Shown piece by piece: positions 40,015-53,475 of a stretch of DNA of 64,000 nt. The translations under genes were made by a program, and so were the position numbers. The DNA is from Eledone cirrhosa. Its lineage: Eukaryota. Below the pieces are notes generated by a model. That model worked only from the letters and a program-made list of their open reading frames with translations. It was not told the DNA's origin and searched no databases. Positions within the stretch are counted from its first letter, which is position 1, and each line of letters starts with the position of its first letter. The stretch lies in the NCBI GenBank assembly GCA_964016885.1, contig OZ024740.1:4960001-5024000 (forward strand), written 5' to 3'.

Positions 40015-41962
40015 GAGAATATATATATATATTTGTTTTCAAGGTTTTTGATATGAAATCGTGTGTCGTAACAAATATAGTTATAGTTGGGGAGGGTCAT
40101 ATTGTTATAGTTGGGGAGGGTCATATTGTTGTAATATTGTCAGAAATAACATAACACTCACTGTTTGGTTGGTTTTCACTTCTCTATCTTTTATATCTCC
40201 ATAGTTAATTCATTTGGCATCAATGTTTATCATTGACGGACCAAACCCATGCATGCATGGAAGATGGACGTTAAACGATGATGATGATGATGATGACCGA
40301 CGGTCAAAAATACAGATATCATATAGATATAAACACATATATATAGTCTAACGAACGTGACGCAAAGAGGCATCTTGTACTCTTTTGCTCGCTCAAGCAG
40401 TTGTGTCAAAGTTCGTAGACTACGAGAAAGCCTTCGACAGCGTCGATATCATCGCACTGCTGAACTCGTTGTAGAAGCAAGGAGTCGAGGCGCAATACGT
40501 TCAACTGCTCAAGGAGGCGGGTTCCTGATGCACCACCGACATAGCTCTGCTGTCATCACCCGTACGAGTGTCGGTCAAGAAGGGAGTGATGCAAGGAGAT
40601 AAGGCATTGACTGGCAAGGCGGTGTCAACATCAACGGCGCGATACTTACCCACTTCCGTTTCGCTGATGGCATCGTACTGATCGCTGAAACTATGGATCA
40701 GCTTCAGACCATGCAGATGGAGCTCGACATCAAAAGCTCTGCAGTAGGCCTCAAGATGAACCGCATGAAAACGAAGTACCAACAGGTCGAATGGTGGTTG
40801 GCGGTGATGAAATAGAGGAGGTGGAGGAATATGTCTACCTAGGACAAGAATTGAACATGTGCCGAGACATTGAGAGGGAGATCTCGCGGAGGGTAAGGAC
40901 CGGATGGAAGGCGTTCAACGGCATAAGGAATGTGCTCAAGGGGAGGTTGGACAAGACCACTCGCGCCAACCTCTTCAATAGCACAGTTTTACCTACAATG
41001 TTATATGGCAGTGAAACTTGGGCTACAACGAAAAGAGAAGCGCAGAGGGTGGTAACGGCTCAAAGTGCAATGGAGAGATCAATGCTAGGAATCTCGTTGA
41101 GAGAGCACATCAGGAGCGAAGTCATCAGACAGAAGTCCGGCGTGAGGGACGTTATCACGGAATATATGCGCAGCAAGTTCAGATGGGCTGGACACGTCAC
41201 CCGGTCACCGATAATCGGTGGATCCGCGCAGTTGCCGAGTGGTACCAGCGCGAGCGGAAACGATCACTCGGAAGGCCTCCACTAGGGTGGAGTTACGATT
41301 TGAAGAATACGATTGGGACTACATGGATGAGGAAAGCACGATCCAGAGAGGAATGGACGACATGCTGTGACCAGCGGCGTTGAATGGACGCCCGACAGAC
41401 TGGTCGGTCAAGGTGATCAAGGTGATATAGTCTATTAAAGTTCTTTCGTTGCACATCTGCAACATCATCAGTGGTGCTATTATGTTCCTCCTGTTGTATT
41501 GTACATCTACACCATCTTTATTTTAGAAATTAAAATAGATGATGAGGTAGTATGTCAACCCACGGATAAGTCTGGTTGACATACTACCTCATCATCTATT
41601 TTAATTTCTAAAATAAAGATGGTGTAGACATACAATACAACAGGAGGAACATAATAGCTCCACTGATGATGTTGCAGATGTGCAATGAAAGAACTTTGTT
41701 AGACTATATATATGTGTTTATATCTATATTATATCTGTATTTTTGACCGTTGGTCAGTCAATGGTAAACATTGATTGCCAAATGAATTAACTATAGAAAT
41801 ATAAAAGATAGAGAAGTGAAAACCAACCAAACAGTGAGTGTGTTCTGTTAATATTTCTGGCAATATTATTACAACAATATGACCCTCCCCAAGTATAACT
41901 ATATTTGTTTCGACACACGATTTCATATCAAAAACCTTGCAAAACAAATATATATATATATA
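40015..41962. mobile_element. Head-to-head inverted repeat (~390-bp arms, 13-bp spacer) with HHR-like cores; left arm interrupted by two insertions
   Basis: 41574-41962 is the reverse complement of 41425-41560 plus 40015-40350; CTGATGA-t-GTTGCA(gatg)TGCAAY-GAAA on + at ~41663-41690 and on - at ~41443-41472. Confidence 0.78.
40356..41424 (+). mobile_element. 5'-truncated RTE LINE (family C) with TSD and tandem-repeat tail
   Basis: FVDYEKAFDSV, KKGVMQGD, FRFADG, EEYVYLGQ, MLYGSETW, RWAGHV; tail (TCAAGGTGA)x2; TSD ATATAGTCTA at 40341-40350 and 41425-41434. Confidence 0.9.
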
Positions 41963-42413
41963 TACCCTTTCCTCTTTACCTTGTTTACACCAACTCCCTC
42001 TGTCTCTCTCTTTCACTCTTTCCCTTTCTTTCCCTCACCCTTCCTTTTTGCCTCATATAACTCTCTCACTAGCTATCTATTTCTCCTCCTCTCCCCTCTC
42101 CCTCTCTACTTGTTTTCCCCAACTCCCCTTCTCCCCCCTCTCTATCGACCCCTACTCCTACCCCCATCACCACCACAGTTCTCTCTATTTCCCCAGCAGT
42201 GGTCAATCCTTATCTAGATAATATTTATATATATCTTATCCATTTATTAATAAATTTATACTTTGCTGCTGCCACCATTTTCAATATGTTGGCCCTGTCT
42301 ATACAGCGGCGCCATCTCTTAGAAAAATACTTTCAAAGGAAACAGAACTAAATAACAACTAATGTGTCTTTGTGTGGGTGTTCATGTGTTTATAAGTGTG
42401 CATATGTAATGTA

Positions 42414-42572
<159 letters not shown>

Positions 42573-42666
42573 CTTTCGTTAACTACTTTTCCCATCTTGA
42601 CGTTATAGTCGCATATATGTTATAGAATGCCATTAGCTTCTTGCTAAAACAATCTCTATACCTCTC

Positions 42667-42725
<59 letters not shown>

Positions 42726-43152
42726 AATGTATATGTATATATATATATATATCATCATCATCGTCGATTAACATCTATCTTCCATGCTAGCATGGGTTAT
42801 ATATATATATATATATATTGCAAGCTTGTGTATGCATGCAAATAAATATGTGTGTGTGTGTAATTTACTTATTGAAATTGACACAATTGGCTCATCCAAA
42901 AACAAATATCAAAATGTTTGCAAAAACATATATATGACAAAAGTATATTGATCAGGGCTATTGATCAAAGTCATCAATCAAGACCTTTGATTAGGCCATA
43001 TATTTATCAGCTCAGTCATTTAACTCATTTCATAAAACCCAAACTTAACAACACGAGGGTTTACATCAAGGCTTCTTTCATAATGTTTGAATTGAATTAG
43101 TTTGGCAAGTGACTTGATCTAAGATCATGTTTGGCAAGTGGCTTGATCTAAG

Positions 43153-45991
43153 ATGACCACTTTACAGTGTGGACTGGGTGCTTTTTGTTGTGACACCTAC
43201 ATGACCACTTTACAGTGTGGACTGGGTGCTTTTTGTTGTGACACCTACATGACCACTTTACAGTGTGGACTGGGTGCTTTTTGTTGTGACACCTACATGA
43301 CCACTTTACAGTGTGGACTGGGTGCTTTTTGTTGTGACACCTACATGACCACTTTACAGTGTGGACTGGGTGCTTTTTGTTGTGACACCTACATGACCAC
43401 TTTACAGTGTAGACTGGGTACTTTTTGTTGTGACACCTACATGACCACTTTACAGTGTAGACTGGGTACTTTTTGTTGTGACACCTACATGACCACTTTA
43501 CAGTGTAGACTGGGTACTTTTTGTTGTGACACCTACATGACCACTTTACAGTGTAGACTGGGTACTTTTTGTTGTGACACCTACATGACCACTTTACAGA
43601 GAGGACTGGGTACTTTTTGTTGTGACACCTACATGACCACTTTACAGTGTAGACTGGGTACTTTTTGTTGTGACACCTACATGACCACTTTACAGTGTGG
43701 ACTGGGTACTTTTTGTTGTGACACCTACATGACCACTTTACAGTGTAGACTGGGTACTTTTTATTGTGACACCTACATGACCACTTTACAGTGTAGACTG
43801 GGTACTTTTTGTTGTGACACCTACATGACCACTTTACAGTGTAGATTGGGTACTTTTTGTTGTGACACCTACATGACCACTTTACAGTGTGGACTGGGTA
43901 CTTTTTGTTGTGACACCTACATGACCACTTTACAGTGTAGACTGGGTACTTTTTATTGTGACACCTACGTGACCACTTTACAGTGTAGACTGGGTACTTT
44001 TTGTTGTGACACCTACATGACCACTTTACAGTGTAGATTGGGTACTTTTTGTTGTGACACCTACATGACCACTTTACAGTGTAGACTGGGTACTTTTTGT
44101 TGTGACACCTACATGACCACTTTACAGAGAGGACTGGGTACTTTTTATTGTGACACCTACATGACCACTTTACAGTGTGGACTGGGTACGTTTTGTTGTG
44201 ACACCTACATGACCACTTTACAGAGAGGACTGGGTACTTTTTGTTGTGACACCTACATGACCACTTTACAGTGTAGACTGGGTACTTTTTGTTGTGACAC
44301 CTACATGACCACTTTACAGTGTAGACTGGGTACTTTTTGTTGTGACACCTACATGACCACTTTACAGAGAGGACTGGGTACTTTTTGTTGTGACACCTAC
44401 ATGACCACTTTACAGAGAGGACTGGGTACTTTTAGTTGTGACACCTACATGACCACTTTACAGTGTAGACTGGGTACTTTTTGTTGTGACACCTACATGA
44501 CCACTTTACAGTGTAGACTGGGTACTTTTTGTTGTGACACCTACATGACCACTTTACAGTGTAGACTGGGTACTTTTTGTTGCGACACCTACATGACCAC
44601 TTTACAGAGAGGACTGGGTACTTTTTGTTGTGACACCTACATGACCACTTTACAGTGTGGACTGGGTACGTTTTGTTGTGACACCTACATGACCACTTTA
44701 CAGAGACGACTGGGTACTTTTTGTTGTGACACCTACATGACCACTTTACAGTGTGGACTGGGTGCTTTTTGTTGTGTCACTTACATGACCACTTTACAGT
44801 GTAGACTGGGTACTTTTTATTGTGACACCTACATGACCACTTTACAGTGTAGACTGAGTACTTTTTGTTGTGACACCTACATGACCACTTTACAGTGTGG
44901 ACTGGGTGCTTTTTGTTGTGACACCTACATGACCACTTTACAGTGTGGACTGGGTACTTTTTGTTGTGACACCTACATGATCACTTTACAGTGTGTACTG
45001 GGTACTTTTTGTTGTGACACCTATATGACCACTTTACAGTGTGTACTGGGGACTTTTTGTTGTGACACCTACATGACCACTTTACAGAGTGGACTGGGTA
45101 CTTTTTGTTGTGACACCTACATGACCACTTTACAGTGTAGACTGGGTACTTTTTGTTGTGACACCTACACGACCATTTTGCAGTGTAGACTGGGTACTTT
45201 TTGTTGTGACACCTACATGACCACTTTACAGTGTGGACTGGGTGCTTTTTGTTGTGATACCTACATGACCACTTTACAGTGTGGACTGGGTGCTTTTTGT
45301 TGTGACACCTACATGACCACTTTACAGTGTGGACTGGGTACTTTTTGTTGTGATACCTACATGACCACTTTACAGTGTGGACTGGGTGCTTTTTGTTGTG
45401 ACACCTACATGACCACTTTACAGTGTGGACTGGGTGCTTTTTGTTGTGACACCTACATGACCACTTTACAGTGTAGACTGGGTACTTTTTGTTGTGACAC
45501 CTACACGACCATTTTGCAGTGTAGACTGGGTACTTTTTGTTGTGACACCTACATGACCACTTTACAGTGTGGACTGGGTGCTTTTTGTTGTGATACCTAC
45601 ATGACCACTTTACAGTGTGGACTGGGTGCTTTTTGTTGTGACACCTACATGACCACTTTACAGTGTGGACTGGGTGCTTTTTGTTGTGACACCTACATGA
45701 CCACTTTACAGTGTGGACTGGGTGCTTTTCGTTGTGACACCTACATGACCACTTTACAGGGTGTACTGGGACTTTTTGTTGTGACACCTACATGACCACT
45801 TTACAGAATGGACTGGGTACTTTTTCTTGTGACACCTACATGACCACTTTACAATGTGGACTGGATGATTTTTGTTGTGACACCTACATGACCACTTTAC
45901 AGTGTGTACTGGGTGTTTTTGTTGTGACACCTACATGACCACTTTACAGTGTGGACTGGGTACTTTTTGTTGTGACACCTACATGACCACT
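43153..45991. repeat. 48-bp satellite (~59 units) derived from the RTE family A / SINE 3'UTR unit
   Basis: Unit ATGACCACTTTACAGTGTRGACTGGGTRCTTTTTGTTGTGACACCTAC; its reverse complement matches 8293-8341, 50600-50705 and 53085-53140. Confidence 0.95.
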
Positions 45992-46519
45992 GACACTGAC
46001 ATGAAACAACAACAAATACAACAATAACAATAAGTCTAATAATGATTTCTATCAACCTTGCAAGGATGAAAGGCAAAGTTGACCTCAACTGGACTTTATT
46101 CCAGAACATTACCAAAGCAGAACTAATAATGTTTTCTAATTTAGGCACAAAACCTGAAATTTGGGGAAAAGGAAATGTTAGGGATTAATAATAATGATAA
46201 TAATAATAATGGTTTCTGATTTAGGCAGAAGGCCAACAATTTGGGGTGGGGAAACTCGGTCAAATCCACCCCAGTGTATTACTGGTACTTTATGTTATCG
46301 CTAATCTATATTATAATAAGAGCACTGTCTGTCTGTCCATTGAGAGCACCAAGAAATATGTACATAGAGAGAGAAAAGGGGACACTGTGTTTTGAAGGGG
46401 ACAGATAGAGGTGGATAAAAGTTACAATGTTACCCACATCTATAGAGAGGGGAGAGGGAGCGCCAAATGAAAGAGATGTACATAGATAGAGGGAAATCAT
46501 TTGTTTAGAGACAGAGAGT

Positions 46520-48230
46520 AGGTGTGTGTGAGAGATTGTGTGTGTGTGTGTGTGAGAGTGTGTGAGAGTCTGTGAGAGTGTGTGTGCGTGTGACGGTCTG
46601 TGAGAGTGTGTGTGTGCATGTGAGAGTGTGTGAGTGTGTGTGAGTGTGTGTGTGTGTGAGAGAGTGTGTGAGAGTGAGTGTGTGAGTGTGTGTGTGAGAG
46701 TGTGAGAGTGACTGTGTGTGTGTGAGAGTGTGTGAGAGTGTGTGAGAGTGTGTGAGAGTGTGACTGTGTGAGAGAGTGTGTGAGAGTGAGTGTGCGTGTG
46801 TGTGTGTGTGAGAGTGAGTGAGTGTGTGTGAGAGTGGGTGTGTGTGGGAGAGTGTGTGAGAGTGTGTGAGAGTGTGTGAGAGTGTGTGAGAGTGTGACTG
46901 TGTGAGAGAGTGTGTGAGAGTGAGTGTGCGTGTGTGTGTGAGAGTGAGTGAGTGTGTGTGAGAGTGGGTGTGTGTGCGAGAGTGTGTTAGAGTCTGTGAG
47001 AGTGTGTTTGTGCTTGTGAGAGTGTGTGAGAGTGTGTGTGTGCGTGTGAGAGTGTGTGAATGTGTGTGAGTGTGTGTGTGTGAGAGGGTGCGTGTGTGTG
47101 AGTGTGTGTGAGAGTGTGCGAGAGAGAGTGTGAGAGTGTTTATGTGTGAGAGTGTGTGAGAGTGTGTGTGTGTGAGAGTGTGTGAGAGTGTGTGAGAGAG
47201 TGTGAGAGTGTGTGAGAGTGTGTGTGTGAGAGTGTGTGAGTGTGTGAGAATGTGTGAGAGTGTGTGAGAGTGTGTGTGTGAGAGAGTGTGTGAGAGTGTG
47301 TGAGAGTGTGTGTGTGTGAGAGTGTGTGAGAGTGTGTGAGAGTGAGTGAGAGTGTGTATATGTGAGAGTGTGTGAGAGTGTGTGTGTGAGAGTGTGTGAG
47401 CGTGTGTGTGCGAGAGTGTGTGAGAGTCTGTGAGAGTGTGTCTGTGCGTGTGAGAGTGTGTGAGAGTGTGTGTATGCGTGTGAGAGTCTGTGAGTGTGTG
47501 TGAGTGTGTGTGTGTGAGAGGGTGCGTGTGTGTGAGTGTGTGTGAGAGTGTGTGAGAGTGTGTGAGATGAGAGTGAGTGTGTGTGGGAGTGTGTGTGTGT
47601 GAGAGTGTGTGAATGTGTGAGAGTGTGTGTGTGTGAGAGTGTGCGTGTGTGTGAGTGTGTGTTAGAGTGTATGAGAATGAGTGTGAGAGTGCGTGTGTGG
47701 GAGAGTCTGTGGTGAGTGTGTGAGAGTGTGTGTGAGAGTGTATGAGAGTGTGTGAGAGTGTGTGTGTGTGAGTGTGTGTTAGAGTGTGTGAGAGTGTGTG
47801 AGAGTGTGTGTGTGAGAGAGTGTGAGAGTGTGTGAGAGTGTGTGAGAGTGTGTGTGTGTGAGAGTGTGTGAGAGTGTGTGAGAGTGTGTGTGTGTGTGAG
47901 AGCGTGTGAGAGTGTGTGTGTGAGTGTGTGAGAATGTGTGAGAGTGTGTGTGTGTGAGAGTGTGTGAGAGTGTGTGAGAGTGTGTGTGTGTGTGAGTGTA
48001 TGTGAGAGTGTGTGTGTGAGAGTGTGTGTGTGTGAGAGTGTGTGTGTGAGGGTGTGTGTGTGAGAGTGTGTGAGAGTGTGTGAGAGTGTGTGTGTGAGAG
48101 TGTGTGTGTGGGAGAGTGTGTGAGAGTGTGTGTGTGAGAGTGTGTGAGAGTGTGTGAGAGTGAGTGAGAGTGTGTATATGTGAGAGTGTGTGAGAGTGTG
48201 TGAGAGTGCGTGAGTGTGTGTGTGTGTGAC
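46520..48230. repeat. Compound (GT)n/(GA)n microsatellite field
   Basis: GAGAGTGTGT-type units over 1.7 kb. Confidence 0.95.
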
Positions 48231-48594
48231 AGAAAAGAGAGAGAAGATGTTGCCCTCATCTCGTAATAATTATAGAAATGTCACAGCAAAAGAATTTGAG
48301 AAACTATCTAAACCCGAAGACCTTGCGATAGAGATATCTAGGATAAAAAAGGATCCCTAACTCCTTGGGGAGTCATAGAGGCCCCGTCATACAGAGTGTC
48401 TAGGGCACTTTAAACCTGGCGGAGCCCAACCCTCTCCAGGTCTGAACACAGCTGAGTTTTTCTACAGAGGAAGAATGAACCCAGTAGTGGACTGGTACTT
48501 TTTTATCCACCTCGAAAGCATGAAAGGCAAGGATGTGGCAATTAACAACCAAAATCCTCTCTGTTGTTGCATGTGCCCTGGGAATGATCAGGAA

Positions 48595-48862
48595 AGGTGC
48601 CACAACAACAAAAGGCACTCAGTCCATCCTGTAATGGGGTTGTACTGGTGCCATGATAGAAGCTTCAAATGCTTTTAATATGTAAGGGGTTTGGCAGGTT
48701 GGCATTAGAAGGAGCATCCCACCATAGAAAACGAAGAAAGAAAGAGAATGTCTAAGCAAGACATGGTCACCTGACCTGTCTAGCTTCATCATGTGACAGC
48801 CAATCCAACCAATGCCAGCATAGAAAATAGTCTTTATACAGAGAGGTTGATGATAATGATTA
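48595..48862 (+). mobile_element. Decayed RTE/SINE 3' module
   Basis: GGTGCCACAACAACAAAAGGCACTCAGTCCA...GGTTGGCATTAGAAGGAGCATCC...tail. Confidence 0.65.
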
Positions 48863-49275
48863 TGATATGTTGTACATAAGAAAATGGAAATTCATAGAAG
48901 GTAGATTATTTTAAATGCTTCACTGACCAAAACCAGCCTCAGATCTTAAAATGAAATTGTCCTTTCCCTGATATTCCAGATATAATTGAAGAGAATTCCT
49001 ACTGTGAAGTTCTGTGGGAAATTACTAAAAACGGCACCATCAAAGATGGCAGCAGAAACATTTGATGTCAAATAGAATATGACAAACATGATCGAAGTTT
49101 TAAAGTTACCAAAAAACATAAGTAGCGGTTTAGGAGACAGGGGTGGAGGGAGAGGGGAGGGGGGAGAGAAAACAAAAAATATATATAAAAAACAACTTAA
49201 AGAACATCATTAACAACAACACCAGCAACAACATAAAACATTAACAACAAAAGCAACAACATAAAAAACAACAAA

Positions 49276-49341
<66 letters not shown>

Positions 49342-49974
49342 AAGAAGAAGAAGAAGAAGAAGAAGAAGAAGAAGAACAACAACAACAACAGCAATATGAT
49401 TGTACGATGAGGGATATATATAGAAATATCACCCTAATACCTTCTTTGTACTTAAGATGTGAGAGAAGAAAGGAGAGAAAACTAGAAAAAAAAAAGATAA
49501 AAAGGATGGAAGAAGAGGAAAAGAAATTAAATGAAAGAAGCTGGAAAGAAAGGAAGAGAGAGAGAAAAACAGAAAATAAGAAAGGAAAGAAGTTCTTTTA
49601 CTATTTCATTACCATATTTCTCATGAAAGACACTACATATGAGTTTCATATAATGTGGGAAAAAATTGGAAGGATTTAGTAGTATAACTCAGTTTAAAGC
49701 TTGGTTTGGAACATAACTTAACAAAGGTTCTAACATATGATTATGTTATGATGGGAGGTTTTTAGAAAGATCCATACAGCATGTTATTTGACTTGGAATG
49801 TTATGTAAGTTGAAGGAAACATCCTCAGTTGATGATAGAAATACGATTATGAACCCATTGTTTATCTTTTGGCAACCATGCAAACTTTCTTCTTTATTTC
49901 AGGAAAGGAAAGCCAAAAGTAATTCACCTAGCACTTCCCTCCCCATGTATTCCTTTCCCTCTTACAGTGAACTC

Positions 49975-50902
49975 CAGCATTTCAGAGCTGACACCATCAA
50001 TGTAGGCATGATGAAAGGAAGATCAGGAGAGATTGTAGAGATGCTGGAGCAAAAGAAAATTGATGAGTGTTGTGTACAAGAGACTAGATGGATAGAAACA
50101 CTAGCTAGACTCCTTGTGGGCAAAAAAATGCTACACATTCCTCTGGGTCTGCAATAAAAACAGGTTGGGTGGAGTATGTATTATGTTAGCAGAAAAATGG
50201 GCAGATAAGGTAATTGTTGTAAATAGAATGACCGATAGAATTATTAAAATTAGACTAGTCATAAATAGAATAACCACAGCAATTATATTTGCATATGCAC
50301 CTTAATCTGAACTGTCAGATGAACTAAAAGACAGGTTTTACCAACCCCTATTTCACACTACTTCCCTAATTAATGACAGTAACTTCATAATCATTGCATG
50401 TAAATTTAACAGTCCTGTTGGGCAACATTGTGATGGTCTCTACAGGGTCCACACAGATTTTTGGTTTGCCATGAGAAATGAGGAAGGTTTCAGACTCCTG
50501 GAATTCTGCAGCAGCAATCATCTATCTATCTGTAACACAAACTTCCAAAAATATATATATAATTCCTATAGGATATAGACAATATGCCCCCACACCCTCC
50601 CACTGCAAAGTAGTCGTGGAGGTGCCACGACAAAAAAGCACCCAGCCCACACTGTAAAGTGGATGTGTAGGACCACGGAAAAAAGCACCCAGCACTCACT
50701 GTAAATGAGGTTGGTGTTAGGAAGGGCATCCAGCTGTAAAAATCAAGCCAGAATCAGTTCCTGCATGAGCAAGACAAAGTCAGCCAACTTGACACTGCCC
50801 ACAACAGGACAACCCGTCTAACCCATGCTAGCATGGAAGAACGGATGTAAAACGGATGTAAAACGGATGTAAAACGGATGTAAAAATGATGATGATGATG
50901 AT
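49975..50902 (+). mobile_element. Decayed RTE family A copy: APE fragment joined to 3' module
   Basis: TINVGMMKGRSGEIVEML..CCVQETRW, FAYAP; then the 3'UTR module ending in (ACGGATGTAAA)x4 and (GAT)n. Confidence 0.8.
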
Positions 50903-50989
50903 AATTCCTATAGTTTGGAGAATGAGTGATTCCATTATGTGATGTGAGGGTGTGTTAGTATCAAACAATGGAATATACCACAGTCATGT

Positions 50990-51200
50990 ACAGTTGGAGT
51001 ATGCTCTTTCTTGATAGTACAGATGTCTATGGAATACTCAGCCACCTGTACTATACTATCAACATGGACTGTACTTTTAATAGTCCAGGCTTGTTACACA
51101 CTGTGTCCTGCTGAAACTTCTTGAGTACTACGTTAAAGGTTTGTACAAATGTCTGTGGAATACTCAGGCACTTGCTCTATATCAAGATAGACTATTCAGT
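50990..51200 (-). mobile_element. Old interspersed repeat (probable SINE) fragments
   Basis: Motif TGGAATACTCAGCCAC recurs at ~51030, 51157 and 51745, and inverted at ~53427 and 53740. Confidence 0.5.
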
Positions 51201-51256
51201 GAAGTATGTCAGATAAATAACTACACTGCCTCAGTGTCAGTGTGTGTCTGTGAAAC

Positions 51257-51563
51257 ATATACACCAGGTCTGAACACAGAGGAACCAAACTTCCACTGTC
51301 ACTGCCTCTGTCTCTCCCACTCTCCCCATCTCTCTCATATACACCAGGTCTGAACACAGAGGAACCAAACTCCCACTGTCACTGCCTCTGTCTCTCCCAC
51401 TCTCCCCATCTCTCTCATATACACCAGGTCTGAACACAGAGGAACCAAACTCCCACTGTCACTGCCTCTGTCTCTCCCACTCTCCCCATCTCTCTCATAT
51501 ACACCAGGTCTGAACACAGGAACCAAACTCCCACTGTCACTGCCTCTGTCTCTCCCCATCTCT
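51257..51563. repeat. 80-bp tandem repeat, ~3.8 copies
   Basis: ATATACACCAGGTCTGAACACAGAGGAACCAAACTCCCACTGTCACTGCC... at 51257, 51337, 51417 and 51497. Confidence 0.93.
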
Positions 51564-52000
51564 CAGTATTATGAGTAAATGAGCGCCCCATGCACTGGAC
51601 ACACTGTGACCCTGGTGGACAGAATAGAGAAGGTGTCTCCCTGGAGGATGGTGAGGGAGATGTGCTGGAAGGGCCATTCCTGTAATTCTATAGTCCAAGC
51701 TTGTGATGAAATTCTTTAGTACTATATTAAAAGTACAAGTGAATGTGGATTACTCAGCCACATCTATGTTAATTTAAAGAGTAAGCTGTTCCATTGACCA
51801 ACCAGGTGGAACACTCATCATCGAGGAAACTGAAGAAGGACCATTTATCTGTTATCAACTATAATGAAACAGCAATTGTAAAGCTGAACCTGTATTTAAA
51901 TCAATTATACCATTTTGGCTCTCTTCTAGAGTTGACCTATTTCAGTCTCTGTCAGCAGATGATTTCAAGTCTACATCTAAAAAACAGCCTATATATATAT

Positions 52001-52090
<90 letters not shown>

Positions 52091-52425
52091 TTATATACAC
52101 ATGTATAGAATATAAATAGATAAAAGAAGGAACAAGTATACTGAAGTAGATAATGATAAAAAGTGAAAATAAAATAAAATAAAATTTATTATTATTATTA
52201 TTTGTTGTTGTTGTTGCTATTGTACTTGAAAAGGAGAAAAAAGGTGGGGGTGGGAGAAAAGAACAGATAATCAGCCAATGTGAAGGCTTATAATAAATTG
52301 GTGCCGAAGTATTGATCTGAAATAGACAGAGATTGGTTAGTTGAAGTGGTTTTTGTGTCATTCAAGTAGAGAGAGAAAGTTTGGTGTAATTGTTGGCAAC
52401 TGTGCCAAACACTGAATTATCTAAC

Positions 52426-52693
52426 TGTAACTATATGTAACAATATGTAACTATATATAACAATATGTAACTATATGTAACAATATGTAGCTATATGTAA
52501 CAATATGTAACTATATATCACTATATATAACTATATATCACTATATATAACTATGTATCACTATATGTAACTATATAACACTATATGTAACTATATATCA
52601 CTATATATAACTATATATCACTATATATAACTATATATCACTATATATAACTATATATCACTATATATAACTATATATCACTATATGTAACTA
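52426..52693. repeat. 10/20-bp AT-rich minisatellite (CTATATRTMA)n
   Basis: Directly visible array. Confidence 0.9.
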
Positions 52694-52799
52694 TTGATAT
52701 AAAAAACTATTGATGTAAAAACCTATCATAATTCTATGTAAAAATCATTATCTTAAGTTCCAAACACCAGTTAAATAATGAGAAAATTAATTCTATTAT

Positions 52800-53015
52800 T
52801 GTGGATTAGGAGTATGGGTAGAGCATCAGACAACAGGCTTTGCAGCATAGAGTTATGACCCTTTATGGTCTGTGTTCACATCCCATCAAGGTTAACTTTG
52901 CCTTTCTTCCTTACAGGGTCGATAAAATAAAGTACCAGTAATACACTGGGGTTGATTTAATTGACTTTCCTTTTGCACAAAATTGCTGGCCTTGTGCCTA
53001 GATCAAAAACCATTA
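52800..53015 (+). mobile_element. Decayed full-length SINE (head type 2)
   Basis: GTGGATTAGGAGTATGGGTAGAGC...GTGTTCACATCCC...GGGTCGATAAAATAAAGTACCAGT...GCTGGCCTTGTGCCTA. Confidence 0.75.
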
Positions 53016-53074
53016 TTAAATCTTTCAAGATTCTAGAATAAATTTAAATATTGTAGGCATATGACAAAAATCAC

Positions 53075-53292
53075 CCCTTCCTCACTATAAAGTGGTCATG
53101 CAGGTGTCATGATAAAAAGCACCCAGCATTCACTGTAAATGAGGTTGGTGTTAAGGAAGGGAAACCAGTTGTAGAAACAAAGGCAGTTCTGTAGGAGCAA
53201 GACATGGTCACCTGATCTGGTTATCTCACAACAGGACAACTCGTCTAACCCATGCTAGTGTGAAAATCAATGTTAAACTGTGATGATGATGA
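53075..53292 (+). mobile_element. RTE/SINE 3' module
   Basis: 48-bp unit, GGTTGGTGTTAAGGAAGGG, ACCCATGCTAG and a (GAT)n tail. Confidence 0.75.
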
Positions 53293-53475
53293 CAGTGTCT
53301 TTCATATGGTATGAAAACATTTAAATATATTTTTAAGATGATATATCTAAATGCTAATAGATCCTTCATTAGTTTCAATGATCAGTTGTCCAATCTACTA
53401 AAAATGCGATTTATGAATTAATGTAAGTGGCTGAATATTCCTAGATACATGAACCCATAATATAATGACACTGAA

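Noticed and set aside
38273-40124. Poly-HHY, poly-V and GGS ORFs of 565-605 aa
   Set aside because: By-products of a 9-bp tandem repeat that is open in several frames on both strands.
42262-42322. YY1-like GCCATCT motifs suggesting a promoter
   Set aside because: Short motifs only, with no CpG-rich context or downstream gene evidence.
43153-45795. 880-aa Cys-rich repeat protein, or a CRISPR-like array
   Set aside because: The unit derives from a retroelement 3'UTR read antisense; units abut with no unique spacers; no cas genes; eukaryotic context.
46505-48259. 584-aa His/Thr/Ser/Leu ORF
   Set aside because: Translation of a (CA)/(CT) microsatellite.
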